A stretch of 62,536 nucleotides of DNA, filler included, from Circinaria calcarea (Eukaryota): the NCBI GenBank assembly GCA_051942165.1. It is 8 parts of 8 records of this genome, joined end to end, with 100 filler letters (N's around TTAATTAATTAA, not from the genome) between each part and the next. Parts side by side here need not be neighbours in the genome. Positions count along the whole stretch, not along the records: positions 54,830 to 62,536 come from JAVECS010001264.1; 7 more parts are not named here. One strand, written 5' to 3'. The position numbers and the translations under genes are program-made. How positions within the stretch are numbered: position 1 is the stretch's first letter; each line of letters starts with the position of its first letter. Under the pieces are notes generated by a model that was not told the origin of the DNA, ran no database searches, and saw nothing but the letters and a program-made list of their open reading frames with translations. Positions 62,144 through 62,536 of the stretch are shown here, piece by piece.

Positions 62144-62536
62144 CTAGTTAGCTGTATAGCTCGAATAGTCAGCGCTGTAGAACGTACCGTTCGTCGAGGC
62201 TGCTGCCGAACGTTTCTTGACCTCTTTTAAATGCTTAATAAAGCCATCCAAGCTCTTGATCTGAAGCTGCTGCATCGGCAGGTCCATGTCCCGCAGCACC
62301 ACCCCAGCGTCGCCCAAGTTGCCCACCCGCTCTTTCACCGCGTCCACCAGGAACTTCCTGCGGGAGTACCACTGCTGTTCCGTGCCGGACGGACGCCAGC
62401 GGGAGCCCCAGCGCTCGTCCATGGTCTCCACCGACGGCAGCCCTCCCAACCCCTCATGCCATTCCCGCCACAGATCCGCCACAGTCCTGACTGCGCGGCT
62501 CATGGTGTAGACGGGGGGGGTGAGGGTGGTGGGAGG
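62144..62536 (-). mobile_element. GCR1_C domain ORF, 3' part; probable Crypton-type tyrosine-recombinase transposon
   Basis: PVYTMSRAVRTVADLWREW..GLGGLPSV..MDERWGSRWR....QWYSRRK is the GCR1_C pattern; locally high GC; cut by the window end. Confidence 0.65.

Noticed and set aside
1..62536. tRNA, rRNA or telomeric repeats
   Set aside because: None recognised by eye; a covariance-model scan would be needed to exclude small RNAs.

Overview
Eukaryotic DNA from a filamentous ascomycete (Pezizomycotina), judged from short GT-AG introns with CTRAC/CTAAT branch sites and fungal gene families; species cannot be determined. The window is not one locus. It is eight pieces of about 7.7 kb (7749, 7744, 7737, 7733, 7726, 7720, 7720, 7707 bp) joined by seven identical artificial 100-nt spacers (N44-TTAATTAATTAA-N44), so gene neighbourhood is only meaningful inside a piece and many genes are cut at piece ends. 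Piece 1: PTH11-like pseudogene and an NLR-type NACHT-ankyrin gene with near-identical repeats. Piece 2: ArfGAP GCS1, a HeLo-like-ankyrin gene, an RRM protein. Piece 3: a compact putative copper-uptake cluster (BIM1/X325-like His-brace protein, Ctr transporter, FRE reductase, with Mac1-type motifs) and cryptochrome DASH. Piece 4: DUF6594-like fragment, a C2H2/transmembrane composite gene, a Cys-rich P1B-ATPase. Piece 5: MATE-like transporter, 2OG-Fe(II) dioxygenase, MFS transporter, Raf1-like WD40. Piece 6: frameshifted M14 carboxypeptidase, S9 peptidase, a microprotein, Zn2Cys6 fragment. Piece 7: RanBD, Yip1 and ECM11 domain genes. Piece 8: MSH1, APH/ACAD10-like gene, a stop-interrupted secreted Cys-repeat protein with a bacterial-looking domain, and a Crypton-like GCR1_C fragment. 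Best candidates for something new are the BIM1-CTR-FRE cluster, the microsatellite-modulated ankyrin array and the secreted chimeric protein. Family calls come from motif recognition, and exon boundaries were read by hand; no searches were run.
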